A stretch of 64,000 nt of DNA from an uncultured Bacteroidales bacterium (lineage in GTDB: Bacteria > Bacteroidota > Bacteroidia > Bacteroidales > VadinHA17). The notes under the pieces were generated by a model. The model ran no database searches. It saw only the letters and a list, made by a program, of their open reading frames with translations, and had not been told where the DNA came from. The stretch spans positions 129,605-193,604 of the forward strand of contig CAWGRY010000003.1 of the NCBI GenBank assembly GCA_963825165.1. The letters are read 5' to 3'. Made by a program: the position numbers and the translations under genes. This document shows, in pieces, positions 62,706 through 64,000 of this stretch; the stretch's first letter is position 1, and each line of letters begins with the position of its first letter.

Positions 62706-64000
62706 ATGAAAACAAAAATTTTGCTGACTTTGATGATGATATCAGTTGCTTACGTCGCTGAAGCACAGATAATGCTAAATGTTGACGCACATCAGAAAAA
62801 GCCGGACAGGGATATAACTTTCAAATTTATCTCGAGGAGCGTACAATTAGGATTCGTTCTGACAGCAGTTGAAAAGAGCACCGGGGAAACAATAGAATTC
62901 AGTTCACGCGATCTGAAAAACGTTGAGTTCGTTCCAAAAGATCTCAGTCAGGTATGGCAAAGTGAATTACTGAAAGCAAAGACATATGAGAAACTTCTAC
63001 GCGGTTTCCAATACGACCTGCGCAATTCCATGGCGGAAGAGATGGGTGACTATCTTGCCAGATTAGAGCAGGGTGGCAGTTTTTATATCGACAGTTACCT
63101 TGAGACCAGACTCTACGGCATTCTCCGAAGGATCTATCCTGTGCGTCCGGATGACGGACGTCCTGGAATAATGAGTCTTCGTATTATCACCGACATTTCC
63201 CCTGATGCATGGGTCGGCCCCGATGGCACGATGATCATCACAACCGGTATGATCACGGCAGTGAACAGTGAGGATGAACTGATGGCGCTGATGGCACAGG
63301 AGATTGCCCATTTCGCACTTGATCATTTCATGAACAATTGCGACAGCCTGGTTGCGAACCTTACTGAACCGGACCTGTCACTTGTTATAAAATACAATCC
63401 TGCCCAGGAGAAACAGGCTGACGGATGTGCAGTGTCAGTATTGAAGATACTTGGTAAGAACCCTGCTGCTCTGGGATCGGTGTTAAGGAAGGTTAGACGC
63501 TATGGTGAAATGACCGGAGACTATTATCTAACCACCGCTAACGGCGCATTTCCTTCGGCAGTAAGCAGAGCAGTCACATTCAGTAATACTGATACCTTTT
63601 TCTCAGCGGACTATGAGAAAATGATCTCGTCCATAATCTCATACAATGCCTTTAACGCATATAGCCAGTCGCAGTACCCTCTTTGCAGATGGCTTCTGGA
63701 CCGCAATATGGAATCAGGCGAGGCTACGGCCGAAGATTATATACTCATGTCGCAGACCCTTCTCCTCCTTTCGGACACAGAGGAGAAAGACAGGGAAGCC
63801 CTGTCGATGGTACGCCGGTTGATCGTTCCGGGCACGGCAGTGCCAGCTGAAGCATATAAACAGGAGGCTCTGGTGCTGATGAGAATGGATCGTAATGATG
63901 AAGCGGCTGCGTCGCTTGACCACTATGCCGCATCGCTGGAGGAGAATTATAAGAAGTACTCGTCAATGAGCGGTGACTGGTCGCAAATGCTTTCTTATAT
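62706..64000 (+). CDS. M48-like peptidase-fold protein with a C-terminal TPR-like region and a variant QExxH motif; 3'-truncated by the window edge
   Basis: Hand translation from ATG 62706 is open to the window end. It has signal-like MKTKILLTLMMISVAYVAEAQ, then ELMALMAQEIAHFALDH and about 30 aa later PAQEKQADGCAVSVLKILGKNPAAL, matching the M48 HExxH...E..AD layout. This ORF is absent from the ORF track because it has no stop within the window. Confidence 0.7.
   Translation, partial: MKTKILLTLMMISVAYVAEAQIMLNVDAHQKKPDRDITFKFISRSVQLGFVLTAVEKSTGETIEFSSRDLKNVEFVPKDLSQVWQSELLKAKTYEKLLRGFQYDLRNSMAEEMGDYLARLEQGGSFYIDSYLETRLYGILRRIYPVRPDDGRPGIMSLRIITDISPDAWVGPDGTMIITTGMITAVNSEDELMALMAQEIAHFALDHFMNNCDSLVANLTEPDLSLVIKYNPAQEKQADGCAVSVLKILGKNPAALGSVLRKVRRYGEMTGDYYLTTANGAFPSAVSRAVTFSNTDTFFSADYEKMISSIISYNAFNAYSQSQYPLCRWLLDRNMESGEATAEDYILMSQTLLLLSDTEEKDREALSMVRRLIVPGTAVPAEAYKQEALVLMRMDRNDEAAASLDHYAASLEENYKKYSSMSGDWSQMLSY

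Overview
This 64-kb chromosomal segment reads as Bacteroidota, probably a Bacteroidia-like anaerobe. Supporting signs are TAnnTTTG -7 promoter boxes ahead of many genes, an 11-gene nuoABCDHIJKLMN operon without nuoEFG, an XRE-HTH/S24 LexA-like repressor, a type-A RNase P RNA and a pta-ackA-ptb-ptb-buk fermentation cluster. There are about 60 intact CDS, almost all housekeeping (secA, dapA, ligA, argS, ffh, folD, aroE, truA, queA, rarA, pyrK/pyrD, a RelA-like RSH), plus one tRNA-Lys(UUU) and rnpB. I saw no CRISPR array, transposase, integrase or recognisable defence system. The most interesting locus is 7.9-13.5 kb, which holds the function-unknown AmmeMemoRadiSam trio in an unusual form. Memo and AMMECR1 are fused and carry a Sec-type signal, the radical SAM partner carries a twin-arginine signal, and an 806-aa polytopic membrane protein with a degenerate spermidine-synthase fold sits between them. 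Other points: (1) a modular family of short intergenic repeats (AATCGCA heptamer arrays, GGTTGA-containing octamer arrays, a shared hairpin); (2) a GC-rich dinB-dnaE2 / lexA-like SOS mutagenesis cassette with two TGATTA-N5-TAATCA palindromes over divergent promoters; (3) a 0.9-kb non-coding region with five TTTACA-N2-TGTAAA palindromes; (4) two single-base frameshifts (response regulator, ffh) that look like assembly errors. All calls come from reading the sequence and ORF translations by eye. No database searches or computations were run.
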